Shown here: piece by piece, positions 16,028 through 25,553 of the stretch
Numbering within the stretch: position 1 is the stretch's first letter
Layout: each line of letters starts with the position of its first letter
Notes under the pieces: generated by a model
What the model was told of the DNA's origin: nothing
Databases searched by the model: none
What the model saw: only the letters and a program-made list of their open reading frames with translations
Position numbers and translations under genes: made by a program
Source: Gammaproteobacteria bacterium
GTDB lineage: Bacteria; Pseudomonadota; Gammaproteobacteria; Thiohalobacterales; Thiohalobacteraceae
Direction: 5' to 3'
DNA length: 51,854 nucleotides
Assembly: GCA_016218375.1 (NCBI GenBank)
Contig: JACREG010000040.1
Location: 1-51,854, forward strand

Positions 16028-16984
16028 ATGAGCAGCGTATTGGCGAGCGTCGACCAGCGCACCCAGCTTGCGGGACACAACCGCCTGGAAATTCTGATGT
16101 TCCGGCTCGACAACGGGCAACGCTTCGGCCTCAATGTCTTCAAGATTCAGGAAGTCATTCAATGCCCGCCCCTGACGGTATTGCCCCATTCGCATCCGGT
16201 CGTGCGCGGCATCGCCAACATGCGCGGCAAAACCATTCCGGTGCTCGATTTGGCCAAGGCCATCGGTCGGCCTTCCTTGGGCGATACGTCCGGCAATTTC
16301 GTCATCATCACCGAATTCAATCGCACGGTGCAGGGCTTCCTGGTCAAAATGGTCGACCGTATCGTCAATATGAACTGGGAACAGATTTTGCCTCCGCCGA
16401 AGGGCACGGGGCGGCACAGCTACCTGACTGCCGTCACCGAAGTCGAAGGCGAGTTGGTCGAGATCATCGACGTGGAAAAGGTGCTCTTCGAAGTCATTGG
16501 AGTCAACGAAGACATCTCCAGCGAAATTCTGGCCGATGCCGCGGAGACTCAGGAAGAGGACATATCCGAACAACCCCCGCATGTGCTGGTGGCGGACGAT
16601 TCCATGGTTGCGCGCAATCAAATCAAGCGCACCCTGGATCAACTGGGTATCGAATCGACGCTCGCGACCGATGGCCGGAAGGCGTTAGATCTGCTGGAAC
16701 ACTGGGCCGATCAGGAACCGGAAAAACTGCGCAATCTCACCATGATTATTTCCGATGTGGAAATGCCGGAGATGGACGGTTATACGTTGACGACACGCTT
16801 GCGCGCCGATGTGCGGCTGAAGGATATGTATGTCCTGTTGCACACCTCCTTGAGTGGCGTATTCAATAACGCCATGGTGGAGAAAGTGGGCGCCAATCAG
16901 TTCATCGCCAAGTTCAAACCGGATCTGCTGGCGGCCGCGGTGATGAAACAGGTCAAGGCCAAACAACAGCGCCTGGAAGTTTGA
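16028..16984 (+). CDS. cheV: Chemotaxis coupling protein CheV (CheW-like plus receiver domain)
   Basis: N-terminal CheW-like domain (LEILMFRLDNGQRFGLNVFKIQEV). C-terminal REC domain (VLVADDSMVARNQI...ISDVEMPEMDG). Confidence 0.85.
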   Translation: MSSVLASVDQRTQLAGHNRLEILMFRLDNGQRFGLNVFKIQEVIQCPPLTVLPHSHPVVRGIANMRGKTIPVLDLAKAIGRPSLGDTSGNFVIITEFNRTVQGFLVKMVDRIVNMNWEQILPPPKGTGRHSYLTAVTEVEGELVEIIDVEKVLFEVIGVNEDISSEILADAAETQEEDISEQPPHVLVADDSMVARNQIKRTLDQLGIESTLATDGRKALDLLEHWADQEPEKLRNLTMIISDVEMPEMDGYTLTTRLRADVRLKDMYVLLHTSLSGVFNNAMVEKVGANQFIAKFKPDLLAAAVMKQVKAKQQRLEV

Positions 16985-17107
16985 ACGCCCGACATATACC
17001 CTTGTGTGCCCCGTGTGCGCAGAGAGTCACACATGTTGTGCCCCGCTGTGCGGGATAGATAGAAGGACCGCCGTTACCCAGGCGGAACGGCGAGAAGGAA
17101 TGGCAGT

Positions 17108-18010
17108 TTGACGCGTGCAGCACTCTCCACCCAGGATTACGAGACGTTCCGGATCTTCCTTGAAGAGGCCTGCGGTATCGTTCTTGGCGAGAACAAACAT
17201 TATCTGGTGGTGAGCCGTCTGGGACGTCTGATGGCGGACGAAGGCGTTGCGACGCTCGGCGAACTGGTCAATCACCTGCGGCAGGGTTCCAACCGCCCGT
17301 TGCGCGAGCGCATCGTCGAGGCGATGACCACCAACGAAACCTTCTGGTTCCGCGACACCTTTCCCTTCGACATCCTCAAGGATCTGATCCTTCCGGATCT
17401 GGTCGAGCGCCGCGTGCGCAATCCGCGCATCTGGTCGGCCGCCTGTTCGACCGGCCAAGAACCGTATTCCATCAGCATGATCGTCCAGGAATACCTGGCC
17501 AGCCGTCCCGGCAGTTTGGGCGATGTGCAAATCCACGCCACGGATATCTCGCCGACCATCCTGCAAGAAGCGAAGGATGCCAGCTACGACAACCTGGCAC
17601 TGGCGCGCGGCCTGTCTCCGGAGCGCAAGCAAAAATATTTCGTGCAGGTGCGCGACAACCGCTGGCAGGCGCGTCCGGAAATCCGTAACCGGGTGCGTTT
17701 CAGTCAGGCCAATCTCTTGCAGAGCTACAGCCTGTTGGGGCGTTTCGACGTGATCTTCTGTCGCAACGTTCTGATCTATTTTTCCAGCGAGTCCAAGGCG
17801 GACATCCTGGCGCGCATGGCGCGGGTCTTGAATCCCGGGGGCTATTTGTTCCTGGGCTCGTCTGAATCCATCACCCAATATTCGGACGAATTCGAGATGG
17901 TGCGTTGTCCGCGTGGCTCGGTGTATCGCGTCAAGTCCGGTCTGTCGGCACGTCCCAGTGTTCCGCCTCCCCGCCCCGGGCCGCGCCCGCCTGTTGGCGG
18001 CAAGGGCTAG
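17108..18010 (+). CDS. cheR: Chemotaxis protein methyltransferase CheR
   Basis: TTG start 8 nt after GAAGGAA. TNETFWFRD and SAACSTGQEPYSISM SAM-binding motifs. Unusual Pro-rich C-terminal tail. Confidence 0.85.
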   Translation: MTRAALSTQDYETFRIFLEEACGIVLGENKHYLVVSRLGRLMADEGVATLGELVNHLRQGSNRPLRERIVEAMTTNETFWFRDTFPFDILKDLILPDLVERRVRNPRIWSAACSTGQEPYSISMIVQEYLASRPGSLGDVQIHATDISPTILQEAKDASYDNLALARGLSPERKQKYFVQVRDNRWQARPEIRNRVRFSQANLLQSYSLLGRFDVIFCRNVLIYFSSESKADILARMARVLNPGGYLFLGSSESITQYSDEFEMVRCPRGSVYRVKSGLSARPSVPPPRPGPRPPVGGKG

Positions 18011-18109
18011 AAAGAGCTTGCCGCCCGGCGGCGGATTTTTGCCGCTTCCACCCGGACGATCCCCGCCCTATAAAGGTTGCACGTAACCAGAACGGCGTTT
18101 GTGCTGCGC

Positions 18110-18125
18110 TGGCACGGCCGTTGCT
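18110..18125 (+). promoter_or_regulatory. Sigma54 promoter for the flgB operon
   Basis: TGGCAC-GGCCG-TTGCT, an exact match to consensus, 38 nt upstream of the flgB ATG. Confidence 0.7.
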
Positions 18126-18162
18126 TAGATCATGGCTAAACACTCTCAAGTTCGAGGTTGCC

Positions 18163-18561
18163 ATGCCGATAAGCATCGATTCCGCCCTGGGTCCACTGCC
18201 CGAAGCCCTGGTGCTGCGCGGCCGTCGATCCGAATTGATCGCGTCGAATCTGGCCAACGCCGATACGCCGAACTTCAAGGCGCGCGATTTCGATTTCCAC
18301 TCCATGATGGACAAGGCGCAAACCGAACAGGTCGCGCTCAACACCACCCATGCCCAGCATATCGCCCTGACCGATGCCTCGGGCGTCGGTGGCGAACCCT
18401 TTAAATACCGTGTGCCCAATCAGCCGTCGCTGGACGGCAATACCGTCGACTCCCAAGTCGAACAGGCCGCCTTTGCCGAAAACGCGGTGAACTATCAGGC
18501 GACCTTGACCTTCCTGAATAGTCGCATCAAAGGCCTGCTGACGGCCATCAAGGGAGATTGA
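18163..18561 (+). CDS. flgB: Flagellar proximal rod protein FlgB
   Basis: 132 aa. SNLANADTPNFKARDFDF motif. Confidence 0.9.
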   Translation: MPISIDSALGPLPEALVLRGRRSELIASNLANADTPNFKARDFDFHSMMDKAQTEQVALNTTHAQHIALTDASGVGGEPFKYRVPNQPSLDGNTVDSQVEQAAFAENAVNYQATLTFLNSRIKGLLTAIKGD

Positions 18562-18563
18562 TC

Positions 18564-18977
18564 ATGTCCCTGTTCAAAGTCTTCGATATCGCCGGTTCGG
18601 CCATGAGCGCGCAAAGCGTGCGCTTGAATACCACCGCCAGCAATCTGGCGAATGCGGAAACCGTCGGGGGTTCCGAAGAGACCACCTATCGCGCGCGCCA
18701 CCCGGTATTCGCCGCCATGCTCCAGGCCATGCACGGCGAGAGCGAAAATGCCGGCGTGCGCGTGGTGGGTATCACCGAGAATCAGGAACCGTTGCAGCAA
18801 CGTTATGCGCCGGACAATCCGCTCGCGGACGAGAACGGCTATGTCTACCTGCCGAATGTGAATCCGGTGGATGAAATGGTGAATATGATTTCGGCCTCGC
18901 GTAGTTACCAGAACAACGTCGAGGTGTTGAACACGTCCAAACAAATGCTACTGGCCACGTTGCGGCTGGGGCAGTGA
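18564..18977 (+). CDS. flgC: Flagellar rod protein FlgC
   Basis: ATG after an AGGGAG SD. SNLANAETV... at the N-terminus and SYQNNVEVLNTSKQML at the C-terminus. Confidence 0.9.
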   Translation: MSLFKVFDIAGSAMSAQSVRLNTTASNLANAETVGGSEETTYRARHPVFAAMLQAMHGESENAGVRVVGITENQEPLQQRYAPDNPLADENGYVYLPNVNPVDEMVNMISASRSYQNNVEVLNTSKQMLLATLRLGQ

Positions 18978-18998
18978 GAGGCAAGGAGGTAAGCCGTC

Positions 18999-19679
18999 AT
19001 GGTGGCTTCGATAGACAGTGACACGCTCGGCACGTTGGGACTGCGCTCGACGCAGGACACGCAAACGTCGAGCAAGGAGAAGGCCAAACTCGGTCAGGAT
19101 GCGTTCATGGAGTTGATGATCGCGCAACTGCGCAATCAAGACCCGATGAAGCCCATGGAGAACGGTGAGTTCCTGACCCAGATCGCGCAGTTCAGCCAAG
19201 TGTCCGGCATGCAGGAGTTACAGGACTCCTTCAAGTCGCTCAGCGAATCGTTGGTCTCGAATCAGGCGTTGCAGGCGGCTTCGCTGGTTGGCCGCGATGT
19301 CCTGGCACCGACCGGTTTGGGTGTGCTGGCGTCCGGCCAGCCTATCCACGGCAGTGTGGAACTGCCGGCCGCCAGTTCGCGGGTGACAGTGAATATCTAC
19401 GACAGCGCCGGCCAGAAAGTGCGAGGTCTGGAATTAGGCAATCAGGCGGCTGGCGCGGCGATGTATCAGTGGGACGGTCTGCGCGACGACGGCACCTATG
19501 CGCCGCCGGGCAACTATCTGATCAGCGCCCAAGCGGAATTTAACGGTACAAGCGAGGCCGTCGAGGCCTTGGTGGTCAATCGGGTCGACGGGGTAACCCT
19601 GAGCCGTAGCGGCGGCCTGCTGCTGGATCTGGCGGGTGTCGGTCCGGTGGATTTCGAACAGGTCAAACAGATTCTCTGA
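18999..19679 (+). CDS. flgD: Hook capping protein FlgD
   Basis: LGQDAFMELMIAQLRNQDPMKPMENGEFLTQIAQFS signature. Confidence 0.9.
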   Translation: MVASIDSDTLGTLGLRSTQDTQTSSKEKAKLGQDAFMELMIAQLRNQDPMKPMENGEFLTQIAQFSQVSGMQELQDSFKSLSESLVSNQALQAASLVGRDVLAPTGLGVLASGQPIHGSVELPAASSRVTVNIYDSAGQKVRGLELGNQAAGAAMYQWDGLRDDGTYAPPGNYLISAQAEFNGTSEAVEALVVNRVDGVTLSRSGGLLLDLAGVGPVDFEQVKQIL

Positions 19680-19695
19680 CGAGGAGGGCAACACC

Positions 19696-20958
19696 ATGCC
19701 ATTTCGTATTGCACTAAGCGGTCTGAACGCAGCGTCGTCGGACCTTAAGGTCACCGGTAACAACATCGCCAACGCCAGCACCAACGGCTTCAAATCCTCG
19801 CGTGCGGAATTCGCCGACGTGTACGCCACCTCCATCGGCGGCGTCAGCGATACCGCCGTCGGCGGCGGTGTGCGCATGTCGCGTGTTTCCCAGCAGTTTG
19901 CGCAGGGCAACATCGAATTCACCAACAACAATCTCGATCTTGCGACCAACGGCGAAGGTTTCTTCGTGCTCAACGACAACGGTTCGAGCGTGTATACCCG
20001 TGCCGGCGCCTTCAGTATCGACCGCGACGGCTATGTGGTGAACAGCAACGGTCAGCAGTTGCAGGTGTTCTCGCCGATCGGCGGCAGTTCGACGGCCTTC
20101 AATACCGGTTCGCTGAACAATTTGCAGATTTCGCTGACCGAGGGCGCGCCGAACCCGACGTCCAGCGTCGAACTGGCGCTCAACATGGATGCCGGCGACA
20201 CCAGTGCCGGCGCCATTGCCGGATTCGATCCGGCCGTGCCGAGCAGCTACAACTATTCCACGTCCTACACCGTCTACGATTCGTTGGGTGCGCAGCATAC
20301 GGCCTCCATGTATTTCCTGAAGGACAATGCCACTACGAACACCTGGTATAGCTGGTTGTATGTGGATGACGGTACCACCAGCACCAACGTGACAGACGGT
20401 GGCAACGCCTATTCGACACTGGTCTTCAACACCGATGGTTCCCTGGACACGGTCAACGGCGTGGCGACCACCTCGGTGGCCTACGATGCCCTGGCCATGA
20501 CCAATGGCGCGGCCAATATCTCGCTCACCCAGGATTACGCCGATGTGACTCAGTTCGGCGGCGATTACGCGGTGAACTCGCTGTTCCAGGACGGCTATTC
20601 CACCGGCCGCTTGACCGGCTTGGATATCGCCGACACCGGTGTCGTCTCGGCGCGTTACACCAACGGCCAGTCCACGGCCTTGGGCAAGATCGCGCTGGCC
20701 AATTTCGCCAACGTGCAGGGCCTGCGGCAGTTGGGCGACACCAACTGGGCGGAAACCTACGGTTCCGGCGGCGCGCTGATCGGCGAGGCCGGTACCGCCA
20801 GTTTCGGTCTGATTCAATCGGGTGCCTTGGAATCGTCCAACGTCGATATCGCCGAGCAGTTGATCGGTTTGATTACCGCGCAGCGTAACTTCCAGGCGAA
20901 CTCGCAGGTCATCAGCACCGCCGACACCGTCACCCAGACCATCATCAATATCCGCTGA
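19696..20958 (+). CDS. flgE: Flagellar hook protein FlgE
   Basis: MPFRIALSGLNAASSDLKVTGNNIANASTNGFK at the N-terminus. LESSNVDIAEQLIGLITAQRNFQANSQVI at the C-terminus. Confidence 0.9.
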   Translation: MPFRIALSGLNAASSDLKVTGNNIANASTNGFKSSRAEFADVYATSIGGVSDTAVGGGVRMSRVSQQFAQGNIEFTNNNLDLATNGEGFFVLNDNGSSVYTRAGAFSIDRDGYVVNSNGQQLQVFSPIGGSSTAFNTGSLNNLQISLTEGAPNPTSSVELALNMDAGDTSAGAIAGFDPAVPSSYNYSTSYTVYDSLGAQHTASMYFLKDNATTNTWYSWLYVDDGTTSTNVTDGGNAYSTLVFNTDGSLDTVNGVATTSVAYDALAMTNGAANISLTQDYADVTQFGGDYAVNSLFQDGYSTGRLTGLDIADTGVVSARYTNGQSTALGKIALANFANVQGLRQLGDTNWAETYGSGGALIGEAGTASFGLIQSGALESSNVDIAEQLIGLITAQRNFQANSQVISTADTVTQTIINIR

Positions 20959-20979
20959 TAGCCGGTACGGAGTAGCGCC

Positions 20980-21720
20980 ATGGACCACATGCTGTACATC
21001 GCCGCCGACGGGGCCAGCCAGATCCAAAGGGCTCAGGCGGTCAACGCGAACAATCTGGCGAATGTCAGCACGACCGGTTTCAAGGCGCAGTTCGAGGCGT
21101 TGCGCGCGCTGCCGGTGTATGGACCGGGTTATGCCAGTCGCGTGCACAGTCAGAGCGAAATCTCCGGCGTCGATCAGAGCCCCGGTGCGCTGATGGCCAC
21201 CGGGCGCAGTTTGGATATCGCCGTCGATGGCACCGGTTGGATCGCCATTCAGGCGGCGGACGGCAGCGAGGCCTATACGCGTGCCGGCGATTTGCGCGTT
21301 TCCGCGACCGGCATTCTGGAAACCGGCACGGGGCGTCCGGTGCTGGGCGACGGCGGACCGATTTCGGTGCCGGACGCGCAGGAACTGGAAGTCGCGGCCG
21401 ACGGCACGGTCTCGGTGCTGCCGACCGGACAAGCACCGGCGACGCTGGCGGTGGTGGGCCGCATCAAACTGGTCAATATCGATCCGGGCAATCTGGAAAA
21501 AGGCGAGGACGGTTTGCTGCGGTAGCGTAATGGCGTCAGCGCCGAGCCGGACGCGAGTGTGCGCATCGCCAGCGGCGTATTGGAATCCTCGAACGTCAGC
21601 ACCGTCGAGGCGATGACCACCATGATTCAACTGGCGCGTCAGTTCGAGACGCAGGTCAAGCTGATGAAGGTGGCGGAAGAAACCGACGCCGCCTCGGCGC
21701 AATTGATGAGTATCGGTTAA
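20980..21720 (+). pseudogene. flgF: Flagellar rod protein FlgF with an in-frame TAG at 21523-21525
   Basis: 20980-21525 encodes 181 aa of FlgF. The same frame continues after the TAG as RNGVSAEPDASVRIASGVLESSNVSTVEAMTTMIQLARQFETQVKLMKVAEE...IG-stop at 21720. The total of 247 codons is normal FlgF length. Confidence 0.85.
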
Positions 21721-21758
21721 CGCCGGCTCGAATCGCGAGCAGGTAAGGAGAGCGACAG

Positions 21759-22544
21759 ATGAACAAGGCGATGTGGATAGCGATGACCGGCTTGGAGGCA
21801 CAGCAGACGCGCATGAGCGTCATCTCCAACAATCTGGCCAACGTCAACACCATGGGCTTCAAGCGCGATCGCGCGGTCTTCGAGGATTTGCTGTACCAGA
21901 CGGTGCGCCAACCCGGCGCGCAGTCCTCGCAGGATACGCAACTGCCCTCGGGTTTGATGATGGGTACCGGTGTGCGCACGGTCGCCACCGAGAAACTGCA
22001 CACCCAAGGCAATATCGTGCAGACCAACAACAGTTTCGATGTCGCCATTCAGGGGCGCGGCTTCTTGCAGGTGCAAATGCCGGACGGTTCCCTGGGCTAT
22101 ACCCGCGACGGCGCCTTGCAGATCGACTCTTCGGGGCAGTTGGTGAACGCGATGGGTTATCTGATCGATCCGGCCATCACCATTCCGGACAACGCGCAGA
22201 GCGTCACCATCGGCACCGACGGTACGGTATCGGTGGCGGTGCAAGGCCAGGCGCAGCCCAGCCAGATCGGCACGCTGCAATTGACGGACTTCGTCAATCC
22301 GTCCGGTTTGCAGCCGATCGGCAACAACCTGTTCGTGGAGACCGCGTCCAGCGGTTCGCCCACCGCCGGCAATCCGGGCCTGAACGGCCTGGGCACCGTG
22401 GTGCAAGGCGCGCTGGAAACCTCCAACGTCAATGTGGTGGAAGAGCTGGTCAACATGATCGAGGCGCAGCGCGCCTATGAAATGAACTCCAAGGCGATCT
22501 CGACCTCGGATCGCATGCTCCAGTTCGTCACCAATAACCTCTGA
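21759..22544 (+). CDS. flgG: Distal rod protein FlgG
   Basis: 261 aa. [26 protein letters not shown] and [29 protein letters not shown]. Confidence 0.9.
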   Translation: MNKAMWIAMTGLEAQQTRMSVISNNLANVNTMGFKRDRAVFEDLLYQTVRQPGAQSSQDTQLPSGLMMGTGVRTVATEKLHTQGNIVQTNNSFDVAIQGRGFLQVQMPDGSLGYTRDGALQIDSSGQLVNAMGYLIDPAITIPDNAQSVTIGTDGTVSVAVQGQAQPSQIGTLQLTDFVNPSGLQPIGNNLFVETASSGSPTAGNPGLNGLGTVVQGALETSNVNVVEELVNMIEAQRAYEMNSKAISTSDRMLQFVTNNL

Positions 22545-22571
22545 TGAAATGCGCCGGGACGGGTAGCGGTC

Positions 22572-23294
22572 ATGACTAGAATGAGACTCGGCAAGGCAAC
22601 GCGGTATCTGCTGCCCGCACTCGGTATGCTGACCCTGCTGAGCGGCTGCGCAAACATGCAGAAGCCGCCGGCCAATTACCGTCCGGTGTATCCGCCGGTG
22701 TCCGTGCCGCCGCCGCAGACCACGGGCGGCATCTATCAGGCCGGTTACAGCCAAGCCTTGTTCGAAGATCTCAAGGCACGACGCATCGGCGATACCATCA
22801 CCATCGTGTTGCAGGAACGTACCCAGGCCAGCAAGGATGCCAAGACCGAGACGTCCAAGGACAACACCGTCGGCATCGACAACCCGACACTGCTTGGCGC
22901 ACCGCTCAAATTCGATACGCCGCTGCTGCCGCACGGCGACGGCCGTTCCAGCAATCTCGGCACCACGCTCGGTTCCAATCAGGAATTCAAGGGCGAGGGC
23001 ACCAGCAGCCAGGGCAACAGTCTGAGCGGCAACATCACCGTGACGGTGATCGATGTGTTGCCCAACGGCAATCTGATGGTGCGCGGCGAGAAATGGCTGA
23101 CGCTCAATCAAGGCGACGAATACATTCAGATCTCCGGCGTTGTGCGTCCCGTCGACGTGCGCGCCGACAACACGGTGCTGTCGGGCCAAGTGGCGGATGC
23201 GCTCATCACCTACAGCGGCGAAGGCTTCGTCGCGGACTCCAACAAAATGGGTTGGCTGGGGCGTTTCTTCGCCAGCGCTCTGTGGCCGTTCTGA
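22572..23294 (+). CDS. flgH: L-ring lipoprotein FlgH
   Basis: Lipobox [21 protein letters not shown] and [20 protein letters not shown] motifs. Confidence 0.9.
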   Translation: MTRMRLGKATRYLLPALGMLTLLSGCANMQKPPANYRPVYPPVSVPPPQTTGGIYQAGYSQALFEDLKARRIGDTITIVLQERTQASKDAKTETSKDNTVGIDNPTLLGAPLKFDTPLLPHGDGRSSNLGTTLGSNQEFKGEGTSSQGNSLSGNITVTVIDVLPNGNLMVRGEKWLTLNQGDEYIQISGVVRPVDVRADNTVLSGQVADALITYSGEGFVADSNKMGWLGRFFASALWPF

Positions 23295-23304
23295 GGACAA
23301 AAAC

Positions 23305-24417
23305 ATGATTATCGATCTACGCAAATGGCTGCTGCTGGGACTCTTGGTGCTGGGCAGCACGCAGGTGCTCGCCGAGCGCGTCAAGGATCTCGCCGCCGTC
23401 GCCGGCGTGCGCGACAACCAGTTGGTCGGTTACGGCCTGATCGTTGGCCTCAATGGCACCGGCGACCAGACCAGTCAGACGCCGTTCACCGTGCAGAGCA
23501 TCAAGAACATGCTCAACCAGTTCGGCATCACCGTGCCGCCGAATGTGAATCCGCAATTGAAGAACGTCGCCGCGGTGTCCTTGAGCGCGACGCTGCCGGC
23601 CTTCGCCAAACCGGGGCAGACCATCGACGTCACCGCCTCCTCGATCGGCAACGCCAAGAGTCTGCGCGGCGGTACGCTGCTGATGGCGCCGTTGCGCGGT
23701 GCCGACGGTCAAGTGTATGCGATTGCCCAGGGTAACTTGGTGGTGAGCGGTCTGACGGCCGGCGGCGAGGACGGTTCCAAAGTCACCGTCAACGTCCCCA
23801 GCGTGGGCCGCGTTCCCAACGGCGCGACCGTCGAACGCGCAGTGGCCAACCCGTTCATGAGCGGCGATCACCTGGTGTTGAATCTGCACGCGGCGGATTT
23901 CACCACGGCGAATCGCCTGGCCGAATCCATCAACACGACGATGGGTCCGGGCACCGCGCTGCCGATCGATGCCACCAGTGTGCAGGTCAATGCTCCGCGC
24001 GACGCGGCACAACGCGTGGCCTATGTGTCCATGCTGGAAAATCTGGAGTTGACGCCGGGCGATGCACCGGCCCGTGTCGTCGTCAACTCGCGCACCGGCA
24101 CGGTGGTGATCGGCGCGCATGTGCGAGTTATGCCGGCGGCGGTCGCCCACGGCAGTCTCACCGTGACCATCAGCGAGGATGTGCAAGTCAGTCAACCCGG
24201 ACCGCTGGCCACCGCGGGCGAGACGGCGGTGACGCCGTCCAGCACCGTCGAGGTGGCGGAAGAGCCTGCGCGCATGTTCATGCTCGAACCCGGCATCACG
24301 CTCAACGATATCGTCGTTGCGGTGAATCGCGTCGGCGCCGCGCCCAGCGATCTGGTCGCGATCCTGGAAGCGCTCAAGGAAGCCGGGGCGCTGCGGGCGG
24401 AGTTGATTGTCCTCTAG
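23305..24417 (+). CDS. flgI: P-ring protein FlgI
   Basis: Signal peptide, then [30 protein letters not shown]. Confidence 0.9.
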   Translation: MIIDLRKWLLLGLLVLGSTQVLAERVKDLAAVAGVRDNQLVGYGLIVGLNGTGDQTSQTPFTVQSIKNMLNQFGITVPPNVNPQLKNVAAVSLSATLPAFAKPGQTIDVTASSIGNAKSLRGGTLLMAPLRGADGQVYAIAQGNLVVSGLTAGGEDGSKVTVNVPSVGRVPNGATVERAVANPFMSGDHLVLNLHAADFTTANRLAESINTTMGPGTALPIDATSVQVNAPRDAAQRVAYVSMLENLELTPGDAPARVVVNSRTGTVVIGAHVRVMPAAVAHGSLTVTISEDVQVSQPGPLATAGETAVTPSSTVEVAEEPARMFMLEPGITLNDIVVAVNRVGAAPSDLVAILEALKEAGALRAELIVL

Positions 24418-24429
24418 GCATGCCGTGAT

Positions 24430-25551
24430 ATGAGCGCCGCCATCGATCCGAATATCTACACCGATCCGCAAGGGCTGGCGCAACTGCGCCAGCAGGTGCG
24501 TGCGGAAGGCAATGAGCGCTCGCCGGAAACCTTGCGCAAGGTCGCCGGTCAGTTCGAGGCGCTGTTCGTGCAGCAGATGCTGAAGACCATGCGCGAGTCC
24601 AGTCTCAATGAAGGCTTGATGGACAGCGACCAGTCGAAGTTATATCAGGGCATGTTCGATGAGCAGATCGCCCTGGAGATGAGTCGCGGCCAGGGTTTGG
24701 GACTGTCCGATATGCTGGTGCGCCAACTCGGCGGCGACAGTGCCGCCAACGCGGAGCCGCGCATACGCGAACCGGCCGATCCATTTCTCGGCCCGGCGAT
24801 GGCCGCGCGGCGTCCGGCGGCGCTTGCCTACGGGCAAGACCGTCCGGCCGCGCTCGACGTTGCGCCATCGGCCGATGTCTCCGGTTGTAGTGCTGCGCAG
24901 TTGGGCGATATCCCATTGACAGATACACCCGTGCGCGAATGGCGGCCCGGCAGTCAGGAGGAATTCGTCGCCGACCTGTGGCCGCATGCCGAAAGCGCCG
25001 CACGCACGCTCGGCGTCGATCCGAAAGTGCTGCTCGCACAGGCGGCGCTGGAAACCGGCTGGGGTCAACACATCATGCAACGGCGCGACGGTAGCAGCAG
25101 TCACAATCTGTTCGGTATCAAGGCCGACGGACGTTGGTCGGGCGATCAGGTCAGTCATCGCACCGTGGAATTCCGCCACGGCGTGTTGCAGCGCGAGCAG
25201 GCGAATTTCCGCGCCTACACCTCGCCGGGCCGCAGCCTGGCCGATTACGCCGAGTTCATTCGCAACAATCCGCGCTATGAAGATGCGCTCGGCAGCGACG
25301 ACCCGCGCCGCTATGTGATGGAACTGCAACGCGCCGGTTATGCCACTGATCCGGCTTATGGCCGCAAAATCATGAACATCTACAACAGCGATGAATTCCA
25401 GTACGCGGTCGCCGCGGCTCAATATCAGCAGCGCCAGGCCGCTACACAGGCACAGGAGGTGTCCGTCGTGGACGCACAGCCCCAGCTTCCATCGAACACC
25501 CCGTCGAATCGTCCGATTGATATCGCGTCTCTGTACGCCGGGGAGGGCTAG
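24430..25551 (+). CDS. flgJ: Rod-cap / peptidoglycan hydrolase FlgJ
   Basis: N-terminal rod-binding FEALFVQQMLKTMRES. C-terminal glucosaminidase-like LAQAALETGWGQH...NLFGIKA. Confidence 0.85.
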   Translation: MSAAIDPNIYTDPQGLAQLRQQVRAEGNERSPETLRKVAGQFEALFVQQMLKTMRESSLNEGLMDSDQSKLYQGMFDEQIALEMSRGQGLGLSDMLVRQLGGDSAANAEPRIREPADPFLGPAMAARRPAALAYGQDRPAALDVAPSADVSGCSAAQLGDIPLTDTPVREWRPGSQEEFVADLWPHAESAARTLGVDPKVLLAQAALETGWGQHIMQRRDGSSSHNLFGIKADGRWSGDQVSHRTVEFRHGVLQREQANFRAYTSPGRSLADYAEFIRNNPRYEDALGSDDPRRYVMELQRAGYATDPAYGRKIMNIYNSDEFQYAVAAAQYQQRQAATQAQEVSVVDAQPQLPSNTPSNRPIDIASLYAGEG

Positions 25552-25553
25552 AC

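Noticed and set aside
19714-21801. 695-aa ORF antisense to flgE/flgF/flgG. Similar long antisense ORFs occur at 21717-23417, 23317-24483, 25548-26567, 26877-28187, 15755-16642 and 17027-17878.
   Set aside because: The opposite strand encodes unmistakable flagellar proteins. These ORFs are Arg/Gly/Ala/His-rich shadow frames typical of high-GC DNA, and they have no recognisable domains or SD sequences.
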